A program made the position numbers and the translations under genes. Positions 9,132 to 19,123 of a stretch of DNA of 64,000 nt are shown here, one piece after another. The notes under the pieces are model-generated. The model was not told the origin of the DNA. It saw nothing but the letters and a program-made list of their open reading frames with translations, and did not search any database. Positions within the stretch are counted from its first letter, which is position 1. Each line of letters opens with the position of its first letter. Source of the DNA: a virus (lineage: Duplodnaviria > Caudoviricetes); IMG/VR virus record IMGVR_UViG_3300043120_000039, positions 32,001 to 96,000 of that record; one strand, 5' to 3'.

Positions 9132-10268
9132 TTATTTAGATTGTTTGTTACGACGATTTTTTAGAATTTCAGCAACAGCATCTTTGGCTTTACTGATGTC
9201 AGAGGTCACTTCAACTTGACCATCCAGACCATGTTCTGCTTCACCAACAGCTTTCTTAATTTCTTCTACACGAGCATTCATGGCTTCCATAGCTTTAATA
9301 AGAACATCTGATGCTTCAGCTTTAAACAATGCTTCTACAACTTCTTCTGTATTTTCTACAGATTCCCAACCTTTAACTACTTCAGAAAGGTCAGCTTTAG
9401 CTTGTTCAATACGTTCAACTTCAGCAGCTTTCTCAATTTCAAGTGCTTTAGCTTCAGCAGCTTCACGAGCTTTCTGTTCAGCTTTCAAAAGTTCTTGCAT
9501 GTCAGCCAGAGACTTATTGAGGGCTTCTACATCCAACTCTGGAGTTTTGACTTCTTCGGTCATAGTATCCTCTTTATTTTTGGTGATACCCGTATCAGGG
9601 TGTTCTACGTTAACGTTCGATTCTAATACGGGATCAGAATCTGTTTCCTCAGAAGACTTATTAACACCTTCTTGAGAGGAAATTTCTGAAAAACCTTCAA
9701 CCAATGATTTCAAAACACCTAAGTCTTCGGTGTTCTCACCAGCTTCAAAAGCTTTTTCCATAATTACCAGCAAGCCTTCTTCAATTTGATCTTCAGCTTC
9801 TTCTGATAATTTCATCTTACCTGATTGAATGGTAAACATATTAAGGTGGATAGCTTTTTCAGCTAGTTTATCTAGCATTACTTCACCTGTAGTTACATCA
9901 TACTCATAACCTACAGCATATACACCTTTGCAGTTTGAGAAATAAATTGTTGTATCATTAAAATCAACAATCCAAATCCATTCGTCATCATCACTAAACT
10001 GCTTACGTACAGCATGTTCAATAAACCGACGTTTATTCTCAATCAGACCAAAATCTTTATTTACTTCTTCAAGTCCAAGTTCTTTAATTGCTTTCAAAAC
10101 TTCTTCACCTACTTCTTCTGCTTTGAAGAGGAAACTTGTGTTATGACCTGATGCAGCACCACCTTGGATAGGAAGTGTATACGCAATATGAGGACCACAT
10201 TTGGTTGCTTCTTTGTCGAAGTCAAATGTGACATCCTTAATTAATTTCTTAGGCTGCTTCACTTTCAC
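9132..10268 (-). CDS. capsid scaffolding protein
   Basis: acidic coiled-coil C-terminal half; lies between protease and decoration genes. Confidence 0.7.
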   Translation of the reverse strand: MKVKQPKKLIKDVTFDFDKEATKCGPHIAYTLPIQGGAASGHNTSFLFKAEEVGEEVLKAIKELGLEEVNKDFGLIENKRRFIEHAVRKQFSDDDEWIWIVDFNDTTIYFSNCKGVYAVGYEYDVTTGEVMLDKLAEKAIHLNMFTIQSGKMKLSEEAEDQIEEGLLVIMEKAFEAGENTEDLGVLKSLVEGFSEISSQEGVNKSSEETDSDPVLESNVNVEHPDTGITKNKEDTMTEEVKTPELDVEALNKSLADMQELLKAEQKAREAAEAKALEIEKAAEVERIEQAKADLSEVVKGWESVENTEEVVEALFKAEASDVLIKAMEAMNARVEEIKKAVGEAEHGLDGQVEVTSDISKAKDAVAEILKNRRNKQSK

Positions 10269-10911
10269 TTTCCTCTTCTTTATAATCTGGGTTATCTACA
10301 ACAGCACCAAGAGCACCAATGCTAAGACCTGTTAATTTACCAGACTTACGTAATTCCCAAAGCTTGTCATCTACAAATTGTACTTTGATAATAGGCATAC
10401 CTTCTGGTACAATCTCATCACCTATAATACAATCACATTCATTAACCCAAGCTTTTACGAAATAGAAACCGTCTGTATTAATAGCATGACCAATATTTCC
10501 AGAAATCTTATCAATGTTAGAATTAATGTTATCTACCATTTTACGAATTTCTTCTTCAGTCATACCCTCTTCATGAAGGTCAGCTTCCATCGGTTTACAA
10601 TAGAGAGGTTCGATAGCAATCATTTGCTCTTCATTAAATTTAACAATTTGTTGAAGATTATTTGCAGCACCGAAATGTTTTGTGATAAGTTTAGCTAAAC
10701 CCTCTACAAAAGAATTATTCATTGAAGAGTTTTCCTTAGCTTCTTTATTAACTTGACTCAATGCTAAAGGGATAGCCTTCTTCTCAGCCATCCCATCTTT
10801 AATAAGTGCATTGAATACTTTGATAAATTTCTTTACTTTAGAATCAGAAAGATTCTTTAGACTTGGGATATCTTTTCTTGCTTGAGATACAGCATTTGTT
10901 CTATAAGGCAT
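10249..10911 (-). CDS. prohead serine protease (XkdF-like) with ChaB-like N-terminus
   Basis: ADLHEE, NIGH, LWELRKSGKLTGLSIG. Confidence 0.75.
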   Translation of the reverse strand: MPYRTNAVSQARKDIPSLKNLSDSKVKKFIKVFNALIKDGMAEKKAIPLALSQVNKEAKENSSMNNSFVEGLAKLITKHFGAANNLQQIVKFNEEQMIAIEPLYCKPMEADLHEEGMTEEEIRKMVDNINSNIDKISGNIGHAINTDGFYFVKAWVNECDCIIGDEIVPEGMPIIKVQFVDDKLWELRKSGKLTGLSIGALGAVVDNPDYKEEESESEAA

Positions 10912-10968
10912 ATCTAATCCGTATCTTATAATTTAATTATATCATGTATAACATTGTTAAGCAAGGGT

Positions 10969-12648
10969 TTATTTAAAAATATCAAAACCTTCTTGCAATT
11001 CTTCTGGTAAATCTGATAAATTTATATATTCTCGTTCACCATTATCATGCATTTTATAAATTCCTTTGGCATCTACACGTAGATTATTAAAGGATTTATT
11101 CTCCATGTTAAGGCTACCACCTTGTGCCATTTGAGAATCACCAGTACCACTTGAACCTTGGCTCTCACCTGCTCGTGAGGCACCTTTGCTACCAATCTCC
11201 ATAAGATTAAAGATTTCTTCCTGAGATAAATATTCCATATCTTCTGTATCAAAACCCATCATCTCATGCATCTTAATCATATTTTCTTTAGTAAGAGCAA
11301 TACCATTTACAGATTTAGCACGTTGAATAAGTTTACCTGCTTCGTCATAACTGATCTTATCAATCTCACCAGCTACAATTCGTGGCATATCTTTGTAAGA
11401 TAATCCCATTTCGTTATATACATTCAATAACTCTGGAATAAGGTCGTTGTTTAAACCATCTTCAATAATCTTAATATCACGTTTGATATAGTACATATGC
11501 GTTGCAGATTTAACTTCTGCAGAGTTGTAACTTACACTACCCTCACCAGTTAGAGCATGACCAGCACCAAATACATCAAAGATAGCCTTACGACGTTTCT
11601 GAATAAGTTCTGATGTATTAAACTGACGACCTGCACCGTCGATACCCAGTAGCTTCAGACTATACTCAGCAACACTTGTACTTCTTTCCTGCACATCACT
11701 TGGACGAATAAAGTAAGGTTGTTCGCCAGCATGTACATTTGCAGCATCCAACATCATTTGGTCAAGCATTTGTGCCTCTGGTGATGCAGGGTCATTGGCA
11801 GCTTTCTCAAGAATATCCGCAGGAACAGCCAGTTCAATAATACCAGCTAAATCTTTAGAAGCACCATTGACTTCTAAGTCTTCAAGCAATACTTTTTCTT
11901 TCCAAGCTTTATAACAAGCACGAAGAATAGGTTGACCATAAGGTGTACTATCTGTAGCACTCTCACCAAATAAGATAAACTTCTTACGTGGAATACGTTT
12001 ATATCCAGCGCCAGTAATATCTGCCGAATTGATAAACAAATTATTGTTGAATTTATTCTGGAAGTATTGTGTATTCTGACGGATAGCAAGAATATCCCGT
12101 CCACCTGCAGCAATTTCAAAAGGTGTTGATTCATCTAGACTTAATTGAGGACGATTAGCTAATTTGCGAACCTTCCACATACCAGCATGTTCACCATCAC
12201 CCATTAATTGATAAACTTTCTCTACAATAGAAAAACCTTTCTCTTTGAAAGTCTCAATATTTTTTACAACTTGTAAAAGTGTTTGACCATCTAGATTATT
12301 TAAGTTCCATTCTAGAAATTCTGCAGCACGTTTACTTTTAGCTGATTTCTTGTTGTATTTAATCTTCCAGTTTGTAAAAGCATTCTCCACAAGAATATAA
12401 TGAAGATTAAGTACTGTTGCAATAGCATCATCATTCTTCATTATCTCAAATGTCTTCATTGAATAAGGCCAACGAAGCTCAAAAGGTTGTAATCTATTGA
12501 TGATGTCTTGATAATAAGCAATACCAGATGTACCTGTACGATAACGTCGTATATTCTGTGTGCTTGGTACACCATTAACTTTAGACACCTCAGAGACATT
12601 TGTCTGAGAAGTCTGTTTTGTATTCTTCCGATTTCTACGACGTGACAT
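10969..12648 (-). CDS. portal protein
   Basis: 559 aa; GFSIVEKVY and PYGQPILRACY motifs of DUF935/Mu gp29-like portals; downstream of terL. Confidence 0.88.
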   Translation of the reverse strand: MSRRRNRKNTKQTSQTNVSEVSKVNGVPSTQNIRRYRTGTSGIAYYQDIINRLQPFELRWPYSMKTFEIMKNDDAIATVLNLHYILVENAFTNWKIKYNKKSAKSKRAAEFLEWNLNNLDGQTLLQVVKNIETFKEKGFSIVEKVYQLMGDGEHAGMWKVRKLANRPQLSLDESTPFEIAAGGRDILAIRQNTQYFQNKFNNNLFINSADITGAGYKRIPRKKFILFGESATDSTPYGQPILRACYKAWKEKVLLEDLEVNGASKDLAGIIELAVPADILEKAANDPASPEAQMLDQMMLDAANVHAGEQPYFIRPSDVQERSTSVAEYSLKLLGIDGAGRQFNTSELIQKRRKAIFDVFGAGHALTGEGSVSYNSAEVKSATHMYYIKRDIKIIEDGLNNDLIPELLNVYNEMGLSYKDMPRIVAGEIDKISYDEAGKLIQRAKSVNGIALTKENMIKMHEMMGFDTEDMEYLSQEEIFNLMEIGSKGASRAGESQGSSGTGDSQMAQGGSLNMENKSFNNLRVDAKGIYKMHDNGEREYINLSDLPEELQEGFDIFK

Positions 12649-12665
12649 TTACATCTCCATAAAGA

Positions 12666-13235
12666 TTACTTATCTTCAAAATAACCACGCAACTCAACAA
12701 TCATCTTATCAAAAGGTTGATTCTTACGTAGATTGATATTATAATGTTTGATACAGTAACGTTCTAAAGCATCTTTACTTTTTGCTTTAGCAGAATCATC
12801 ATACATTGCCATAAGGAACTCATAATCAGGAACATTAGAAACTCCTTCAACAGCTTCGTCTGCAATAGTTTCTTCTGTATCATCAACACCCAAAGAAATA
12901 AGCGGGGCGATAGATTCTTCTACAGTTTCTTGGACAACATTTTTGAAAGGGTTCTCATTAAAATAGAGATAGTGTGCAGAAAGATTCTTGAAAGATTTCT
13001 TAAGATCAATGTCAATGCCGAAATCTTCTTTCATTGCAGCAAACATATTGTACCAAGCAAAGTAGTTCTTGTGGTCACCATCCACAAAGAAGATATTATA
13101 TGGAGTAGTAAAACCACAACGATTGACATCGATATCCTTATCTGTAAGAATATTGATGGTTTTCAAAAAGTCATTGTATGTATGACAAGAAACTTTATTA
13201 AGCTCCTCATCGAAAAAATATGGTAACTGTGACAT
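12666..13235 (-). CDS. hypothetical protein
   Basis: ORF with GAGG SD between terL and portal. Confidence 0.65.
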   Translation of the reverse strand: MSQLPYFFDEELNKVSCHTYNDFLKTINILTDKDIDVNRCGFTTPYNIFFVDGDHKNYFAWYNMFAAMKEDFGIDIDLKKSFKNLSAHYLYFNENPFKNVVQETVEESIAPLISLGVDDTEETIADEAVEGVSNVPDYEFLMAMYDDSAKAKSKDALERYCIKHYNINLRKNQPFDKMIVELRGYFEDK

Positions 13236-13399
13236 AAAATCCTCTTAAATTATTATGATATAACCTATTTTAACATAAATGATAATTATTTGCAAAAGAA
13301 ACCCTCTTCCGCACAAAATTAATTGGACAAAAGAGGGTTAATGTGTTGCGATAATGTGGTAATTTTCAGAGAGAACACAAAGAAACACTCTGAAGAGTA

Positions 13400-14773
13400 T
13401 TATCGCATAGATTGTTTCATGTCATGATACTTTGTGCGGACAGATGTTGTTGGGATAGGGACTGGTCTGTGCACTTTGTTTATTTTTATTTGATGGAATG
13501 CATCAGCAGTGGCGTCACAGATATCGTCGTGGACACCAGATATACGCACACTTGGGTCAAATATTTCCAACTCTTCATGGAAAGTTTCATTCCAATCTGC
13601 CTTAACCACACTAACCATCCTATTTTCTGCAATTACTGCAAAAGGTTCAAATGCTTTTAGTTTACGGTTTTTAGTGTTTGATGTCTTCATACGCTTAACT
13701 AAAACACCTGCTGCTGATATATCTCCAATCATCTGGTCACAAGCTGCTTTTCCGCTCGACGATGGATCTTCTGGGATATAGGTTGTAACATTACCCCACT
13801 CTTCTTGATCACGCAACCCAGTTTGTATAATTTCATCCACCACACCGGCATACCTTTTCCTGAACCTAACCACATCAAGGATGTATATATGATGATCCTT
13901 ACCTTGACCCATAAGAACACCAACAGTATAATCAGGGTCTGGGTATTTTTCAGAAGGAATACTCCCAGCCAAGTCATAAGCACGTACTATTTTAACAAGG
14001 TCAGGTACATCATGAAGCATTACTGTTTCAGTCCACTCCCTCTTATATAAACCTGCTGCTGTTTCCTGTACAAGCCATGCACCGTTAAGTAGCCTCATCC
14101 TTTCAATACGAGGTAAGGATTTAAGACGTGAGACGTACAATGGATCATGCTCCAAAAGAATTGGATTGTCTTCACAAGTTGCTGAAATAAAACGAAAACT
14201 CATAGGCCCAGAATCTTCGCCATATTGTGAAACAAGTTCTTCTCTTGAATCACCCCAGATCATGTCATTACCTTGCCGGATAAACCACTTTTCTACACCA
14301 TCCATCTCTGGTTTAGGTATTCCATAGTTCTTTTCATCGAGATAACCTGCCGCCTGCAGCCATTTTCTTAGGTAGCAATTAAATTCTGGGTTGCACGTAA
14401 TCTTCATAACAGGCTTCATATTTGCCATAGTACGCATACGTGATATAAAATAAACCACCTGAGATTCAAGCATCTGCTGACCCTCATCAATGAGGAACGC
14501 TGCTACCTGCCAGCCTTGAAAATTGTGCTTATCGCTTTCTTTCTCGCAGTGACACATCTTAATTTCGGCACCGCTAGGAAATTTAAACTCCATTGTAGAA
14601 GGTTTGACATGTACAGAAGGACAAGCTTCTTTATACATATTCTGTGCCGTATCTAAAAGACCACCCACACCTTTAATCATCGGGGTTGTTCTTCGAACCA
14701 TTACCCCCCTAAATTCTGGCATATGAACATATTGAAGCATATCCATAATACCAAGATAGGATTTACCTGAACC
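13400..14773 (-). CDS. terL: terminase large subunit, exon 2
   Basis: begins GSGKS (completes Walker A); Walker B FLIDE, TCNP, nuclease AYDLA and HDDICDA. Confidence 0.93.
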   Translation of the reverse strand, partial: GSGKSYLGIMDMLQYVHMPEFRGVMVRRTTPMIKGVGGLLDTAQNMYKEACPSVHVKPSTMEFKFPSGAEIKMCHCEKESDKHNFQGWQVAAFLIDEGQQMLESQVVYFISRMRTMANMKPVMKITCNPEFNCYLRKWLQAAGYLDEKNYGIPKPEMDGVEKWFIRQGNDMIWGDSREELVSQYGEDSGPMSFRFISATCEDNPILLEHDPLYVSRLKSLPRIERMRLLNGAWLVQETAAGLYKREWTETVMLHDVPDLVKIVRAYDLAGSIPSEKYPDPDYTVGVLMGQGKDHHIYILDVVRFRKRYAGVVDEIIQTGLRDQEEWGNVTTYIPEDPSSSGKAACDQMIGDISAAGVLVKRMKTSNTKNRKLKAFEPFAVIAENRMVSVVKADWNETFHEELEIFDPSVRISGVHDDICDATADAFHQIKINKVHRPVPIPTTSVRTKYHDMKQSMR

Positions 14774-15032
14774 CTTTTATCTTACAGTCGCTACACTGTT
14801 TCTAATGTTTCCACTAGGATCGGACTATATCTTCCGTCTTATAGACAGCCTCCTGTTTCGAAATCGCTTGATTCCTACTCTACTCCATTATATACTTTGT
14901 ATATTGTTTCGATAGTCTCTGAACGTTGAATCACTTAATGTGAAACCTTCGCTGCTGATTGCCCTCGGCTTAACGTTAGGGTTCCCAGACAATTAAAGAG
15001 GTATATTAAAGCGCAACCAGTTTGGTAAATTT
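14774..15032 (-). mobile_element. ORF-less group I intron (259 nt) in the terL Walker A
   Basis: P AAUUGUCUGGGAA, Q AAUCAGCAGC, R GUUCAGAGACUA, S AAGAUAUAGUCC; exon ends in U, intron ends in G; splicing restores GGAA|GSGKS. Confidence 0.93.
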
Positions 15033-15119
15033 AGCAGCGCCACCAAAAACTGTAATATCAGATTTTGATTGTAAGAACATAGCCTGCTTCTGAGAAGCAG
15101 GACCAAGTTTTTTAGTCAT
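15033..15119 (-). CDS. terL: terminase large subunit, exon 1 (29 codons)
   Basis: MTKKLGPASQKQAMFLQSKSDITVFGGAA; GAGG SD upstream; missing from ORF track. Confidence 0.9.
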
Positions 15120-15969
15120 AAATTATTTCCTCTGGCAATTCGTGCTCACATATCTCGAAATTGTTATTCTTTGCAATATTCTCTTTTAAATCCATTAACT
15201 GTAGGTTATATTCACAGTGTAATCCACAAACTAAAGGGTGTGTTAATGGTATGATGTGGTCTATGGATTGATTGAAATATTGAGCTTCAGTATAGAAAGA
15301 TTTTATGATATCTTGGTCAGCCCAACAAGGTGTTGCATTTTTAATGGAAGCTCTCCTCTTGGAAGCATAATAGGCTATTTTATCTTTATTTTTAGCTCTC
15401 CATAATTTAGCTTTCTCTGCAATCAACTCTTTATTAGCATGATAATATCTATTTGCTCTTTCCCTAGTAAGTTCTGGGTATCTTTCTCTGTACCTTTTAC
15501 AAGATTCTTTAACCTTATCAGGGTTCTTTCTACGATACTCTCTATCTATTTCACGGTAATGTTCAGGATTCTCCCAGTAACGCTCCCTTTTTCTTCTTGA
15601 TACATCTTCTCGATGTTCTTTCTGATAATTACTAGTTCTCTCTATCACTTTCTCACTATTTTGCTCATAATAATCCCTATTTGAAGAATTATAACAATCT
15701 TTACACCTATCCCTCAAACCAGTTGGTGTATCTGACCTCTTATGAAATTCTGAATTATGTTTTTCAGTGTTACAGTCAGAACATATTTTATACTCTGGAA
15801 TATTCTTCTCTGAATCAATATACTCTTGACGTTTAGCTTTCTCCCTTCTTTTTGTACAACCTTTACACGGCTGTCTTACTCGACCTGTAGTACTTTTATT
15901 ATTTTTATAGAAATCTTCTCTTGGTTTATTTTCCTTACAGGAATTACAGGTAAACATATCTTCTTCCAA
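15112..15969 (-). CDS. free-standing HNH endonuclease with zinc fingers
   Basis: CxxC repeats; IDHIIPL...CGLHCEYNLQ...N..KNN. Confidence 0.88.
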   Translation of the reverse strand: MEEDMFTCNSCKENKPREDFYKNNKSTTGRVRQPCKGCTKRREKAKRQEYIDSEKNIPEYKICSDCNTEKHNSEFHKRSDTPTGLRDRCKDCYNSSNRDYYEQNSEKVIERTSNYQKEHREDVSRRKRERYWENPEHYREIDREYRRKNPDKVKESCKRYRERYPELTRERANRYYHANKELIAEKAKLWRAKNKDKIAYYASKRRASIKNATPCWADQDIIKSFYTEAQYFNQSIDHIIPLTHPLVCGLHCEYNLQLMDLKENIAKNNNFEICEHELPEEIIYD

Positions 15970-16040
15970 AACTTTACTTCCTCAAATACAGAAAGGCTGC
16001 ACTAAGGCAACCTTTTCTCAAACAATCTTAACCTTATATA

Positions 16041-16343
16041 TTAACACTCTCGTGCCATACATCCTACACAGATATAATAATCACCATCTTCTTCCATAAT
16101 CATATTCTGCTTTTGAGCATAACCTACGATTTGTTCAAAGTAATCATTCTCTGCTAAGCAGCAAGGACAAATCTTATCACGAATATCTTCTGCCATTGAC
16201 AAAAGGTTATCTTTGTTAAAAGGCTTACCTTTCACCAGTTTCTTGCATCCATTGAAATAATCTTTTGCTTTAATGTTAGACATTTCTTTAAATGTTAAAA
16301 TTCCATCGCCATCTTGGATGAAAACTGCGTAATCTAGTTTCAC
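16041..16343 (-). CDS. hypothetical zinc-binding protein
   Basis: CPCC and CVGC motifs. Confidence 0.55.
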   Translation of the reverse strand: MKLDYAVFIQDGDGILTFKEMSNIKAKDYFNGCKKLVKGKPFNKDNLLSMAEDIRDKICPCCLAENDYFEQIVGYAQKQNMIMEEDGDYYICVGCMAREC

Positions 16344-16418
16344 TCTACTTCTCCTCTTATGTTAAGTGTATACACCATTCTAACCCAAATATCAATTTCT
16401 TGCAAGTTATTGCAAATC

Positions 16419-16625
16419 TTACTCACCTCCAAACATATCTATTTGTTCTTCTTCTGTACCAAGCACACTTTTCTTAGAAGGTTTGGTTTTCTCAAAAGTT
16501 TTAATCTTCTTCAAAAGTTTCTCATATTCTGAAAAGAGGACAAACTTACCAGAAGTAGACTTCTCCATGCATAGACCAAACTCACCTCTACGATCTGATA
16601 CTGTACAATTATAGCGTTTTGTCAT
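16419..16625 (-). CDS. hypothetical protein
   Basis: ORF in minus-strand operon. Confidence 0.55.
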   Translation of the reverse strand: MTKRYNCTVSDRRGEFGLCMEKSTSGKFVLFSEYEKLLKKIKTFEKTKPSKKSVLGTEEEQIDMFGGE

Positions 16626-16635
16626 ATTAAATTCC

Positions 16636-17031
16636 TTATAGTGGAAACACTAACTCATCACCGTCACGATCTTCTTGATAGGACTTGAGTGCTTCTTCCA
16701 TCTTATCAATATCTTTAACCGATGACCAATCAATACGGTTATGCATATCCTTAACTGGTACAAAATAACTGGCATCTTGAAAAGTCGGCTTGTTATTTGA
16801 TAATCCAAATTTAAGGTCATATGGGCGAATATAATCGCTACCCCCACTGCATTCTTCTAGATAAATGTACTCACATTCATCTTCATGGAAAGATACCTTA
16901 TTTTCTCCAACAAAGTCTTTTAAGTCTTGATAACCACTATCAAATGGTTCAAACACCAGACCACTTTCATCTACTTCACTATAACTCTCAAGTTTCTTAG
17001 CTTTAAATATATAGTTATAATAACTCATCAT
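16636..17031 (-). CDS. hypothetical protein
   Basis: ORF overlapping upstream stop. Confidence 0.6.
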   Translation of the reverse strand: MMSYYNYIFKAKKLESYSEVDESGLVFEPFDSGYQDLKDFVGENKVSFHEDECEYIYLEECSGGSDYIRPYDLKFGLSNNKPTFQDASYFVPVKDMHNRIDWSSVKDIDKMEEALKSYQEDRDGDELVFPL

Positions 17032-17507
17032 TCTTCTCCTAAAATTTCAATTGCTTGTTCAGTGTACTCTTTCGTCAAACCTTCCTCACCTTGAATATGA
17101 ACAAAGTTGTTTCGTTGACTGTACAACATATCTGAGTCATCGTCAAGAATTACATAATCATAAAAGTCATAATGGTGACATCCAAGTAAGTTTTGATTAT
17201 CTTGAATCCATTTTAAGATTTCATTACCTCTGACGACAAACTTATCTGTGTAAGAGTCTGTCTTACCAATAACTTCACCTTTAACACCCATATGTGTTAG
17301 AAGGTATTGAAGTCTTTCTACTGATTCACCTAACCTCCAAGTAGAAGACACTACAATCTTAACACCTGTGCGTTTAAGAATCCTATTCAAATTCCCAACA
17401 AGATGTGGTTGATATGGGTAATATTCTCCGTCAATTTCAGGGATATATTCACTTAAAATAGAATCGCTATTAAAAACACCATCAATGTCAAGGAAGATTA
17501 TTTTCAT
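17028..17507 (-). CDS. HAD-family phosphatase (Swiss-army-knife RNA-repair-like HAD)
   Basis: FLDIDGV, VVSSTWR, RGNEI, YVILDD. Confidence 0.85.
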   Translation of the reverse strand: MKIIFLDIDGVFNSDSILSEYIPEIDGEYYPYQPHLVGNLNRILKRTGVKIVVSSTWRLGESVERLQYLLTHMGVKGEVIGKTDSYTDKFVVRGNEILKWIQDNQNLLGCHHYDFYDYVILDDDSDMLYSQRNNFVHIQGEEGLTKEYTEQAIEILGEE

Positions 17508-17526
17508 TTACGCTGCCTCATATTCA

Positions 17527-17715
17527 TCAAAACAACTCCTTATCAAACCAACCATTCTTAATCAACCAACTTGTCACCAAAGCATACCCACCTGCACAAA
17601 GGGAGAATATTGTTAAATTAACTAGATTACCTACAAAAGGTACACTTGCAAGAAGTACAACTCCTGCAAAGATGTACAGACACATTACGATAAATATTAC
17701 TACAGTTTTAAACAT
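17527..17715 (-). CDS. small membrane protein (start probably MFKTVV)
   Basis: two hydrophobic helices; GGAGG SD. Confidence 0.55.
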   Translation of the reverse strand: MFKTVVIFIVMCLYIFAGVVLLASVPFVGNLVNLTIFSLCAGGYALVTSWLIKNGWFDKELF

Positions 17716-17944
17716 CTTTATTATCCTCCCAACGAGATTTAAATTCTTCACCCACAATATCTTCCCAATCTGAACTATCCTCTTCATGAGTTTCTTTGTC
17801 ACTACTCATGAAATCACCAATATTCACAAAAGGTTTGGTCTTCAACTCAGCAAGACACTCCCAACAAATATATCCATGTTCGTGTGAATAGTTATCACAC
17901 ATAATGTTTTCACAACCTCTACGGTCACAAGCTAATACTCCCAT
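17708..17944 (-). CDS. hypothetical zinc-binding protein
   Basis: CDRRGC..C..CWEC. Confidence 0.6.
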   Translation of the reverse strand: MGVLACDRRGCENIMCDNYSHEHGYICWECLAELKTKPFVNIGDFMSSDKETHEEDSSDWEDIVGEEFKSRWEDNKDV

Positions 17945-18028
17945 TTAAAATCTCCTCTCTATAAAAACTCCCCTTACTTTACCAACACGAATACTCTTTG
18001 TAAACAATAAATTTTCAAATAAATTCTC

Positions 18029-18056
18029 TTGACAGAAAGTTTTCATATGTTAAGAT
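18029..18056 (+). promoter_or_regulatory. sigma70-type promoter of the RNA-repair operon
   Basis: TTGACA...TGT-TAAGAT. Confidence 0.65.
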
Positions 18057-18087
18057 GAGTTGTAATTTGAACAGAAGGAGAGGGATT

Positions 18088-18426
18088 ATGAAATTTTATC
18101 ACGGCACATCAAGTCTAGCACCTATCAAGGATAAAATTCTTCCACCAGACAATCATAATTTTGGTATTAATGAGTCTGGCAGGACTAAACATGTACAAAA
18201 GGTGTTTTTCACAACAGTTAAAGGTTATGCCGAGAAGTATGCCCGTACAGCTTGTAAGCGCGTTGGAGGAGAGCCAGTAGTCTATGAAGTGCTCCCTTTA
18301 AGACCGAAGCTAATGGTCAGGGTAAAAGGATGTGATATCTACTATGACAATGAGGCAATTGTCTATGAGAAACTAAAAGTAGGAATTTTTGATAACATTG
18401 TCTCACAGAGAAAATATAAAAGGTGA
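18088..18426 (+). CDS. ADP-ribosyltransferase-fold protein (Arr/Tpt1-like)
   Basis: FYHGT, VFFTT..A..YA, PVVYEV; start after AAGGAG. Confidence 0.65.
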   Translation: MKFYHGTSSLAPIKDKILPPDNHNFGINESGRTKHVQKVFFTTVKGYAEKYARTACKRVGGEPVVYEVLPLRPKLMVRVKGCDIYYDNEAIVYEKLKVGIFDNIVSQRKYKR

Positions 18427-18430
18427 ATCC

Positions 18431-18628
18431 ATGCAAGGATTAACAAAACAACAAATTATTAAAGAGTTATGTACACTTTCTACAGAAGTAAATGAGAAAG
18501 TGTTTGAATATTCTGTATCAACAGATTGTTTTTGCACAAAAGATGCGTCTTCTGATTATAGATTCAATCAAGAAGTATTAGAGTTTATCAAAGCTGCTGT
18601 TGTAGAGAAGATTAAGAAAGGAGAATAA
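18431..18628 (+). CDS. hypothetical protein
   Basis: ORF within operon. Confidence 0.55.
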   Translation: MQGLTKQQIIKELCTLSTEVNEKVFEYSVSTDCFCTKDASSDYRFNQEVLEFIKAAVVEKIKKGE

Positions 18629-18630
18629 TT

Positions 18631-19113
18631 GTGAATTATACATTGGATAAATTAAGAGCTTTTGAATCTAAGATGAGCAGTCTTATTGTTGTAGCGCATC
18701 ATGAACAAAAGTATGGTGACAAACCCTACACTTACCATCTACGTATGGTTGCTGAGAAAGCACATGAATTGTTTGGTGAAGGTAAGATACATAACCCTAC
18801 AATCGGAGATGTAAAGTTAGCTACAGCTTCCCTTGGGCACGATTTGTATGAAGATACTTATGTTACTAAGGAATCTTTACTTGAAGCTGGTTATGACTCC
18901 GAGATTGTACAAGCAATTGATCTTGTCACCAAGAAAGAAGGATTATCTTACAAAGATTATCTACGTAATCTATCAAAAGATGAACTTGCTTGGAAAGTTA
19001 AAGTTGCAGATACTTATTCTAATCTTACAGAAAGTATTAAGGTTTCAGATGTGAAACGTGTACGGAAGTATTCTACACAATTGGAATTGTTGTATAAATT
19101 TAAAGATTTTTAA
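18631..19113 (+). CDS. HD-domain hydrolase of RelA/SpoT (Mesh1/small alarmone hydrolase) type
   Basis: AHHEQKYGDKPYTYHL, GHDLYEDT, VKVADTYSN. Confidence 0.85.
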   Translation: MNYTLDKLRAFESKMSSLIVVAHHEQKYGDKPYTYHLRMVAEKAHELFGEGKIHNPTIGDVKLATASLGHDLYEDTYVTKESLLEAGYDSEIVQAIDLVTKKEGLSYKDYLRNLSKDELAWKVKVADTYSNLTESIKVSDVKRVRKYSTQLELLYKFKDF

Positions 19114-19123
19114 GAGGTAAATA

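Noticed and set aside
9280-9675. Antisense ORFs over scaffold, capsid, nrd and other long genes
   Set aside because: Shadow frames of strongly biased coding sequence.
13400-14746. terL starting at ATG 14746 and nrdA as two separate genes, as in the ORF track
   Set aside because: Both are explained by group I introns that restore conserved motifs.
15112-15969. HNH as an HK97 gp74-type terminase cofactor
   Set aside because: Much larger, with zinc-finger and charged-repeat DNA-binding regions typical of homing nucleases; not fully excluded.
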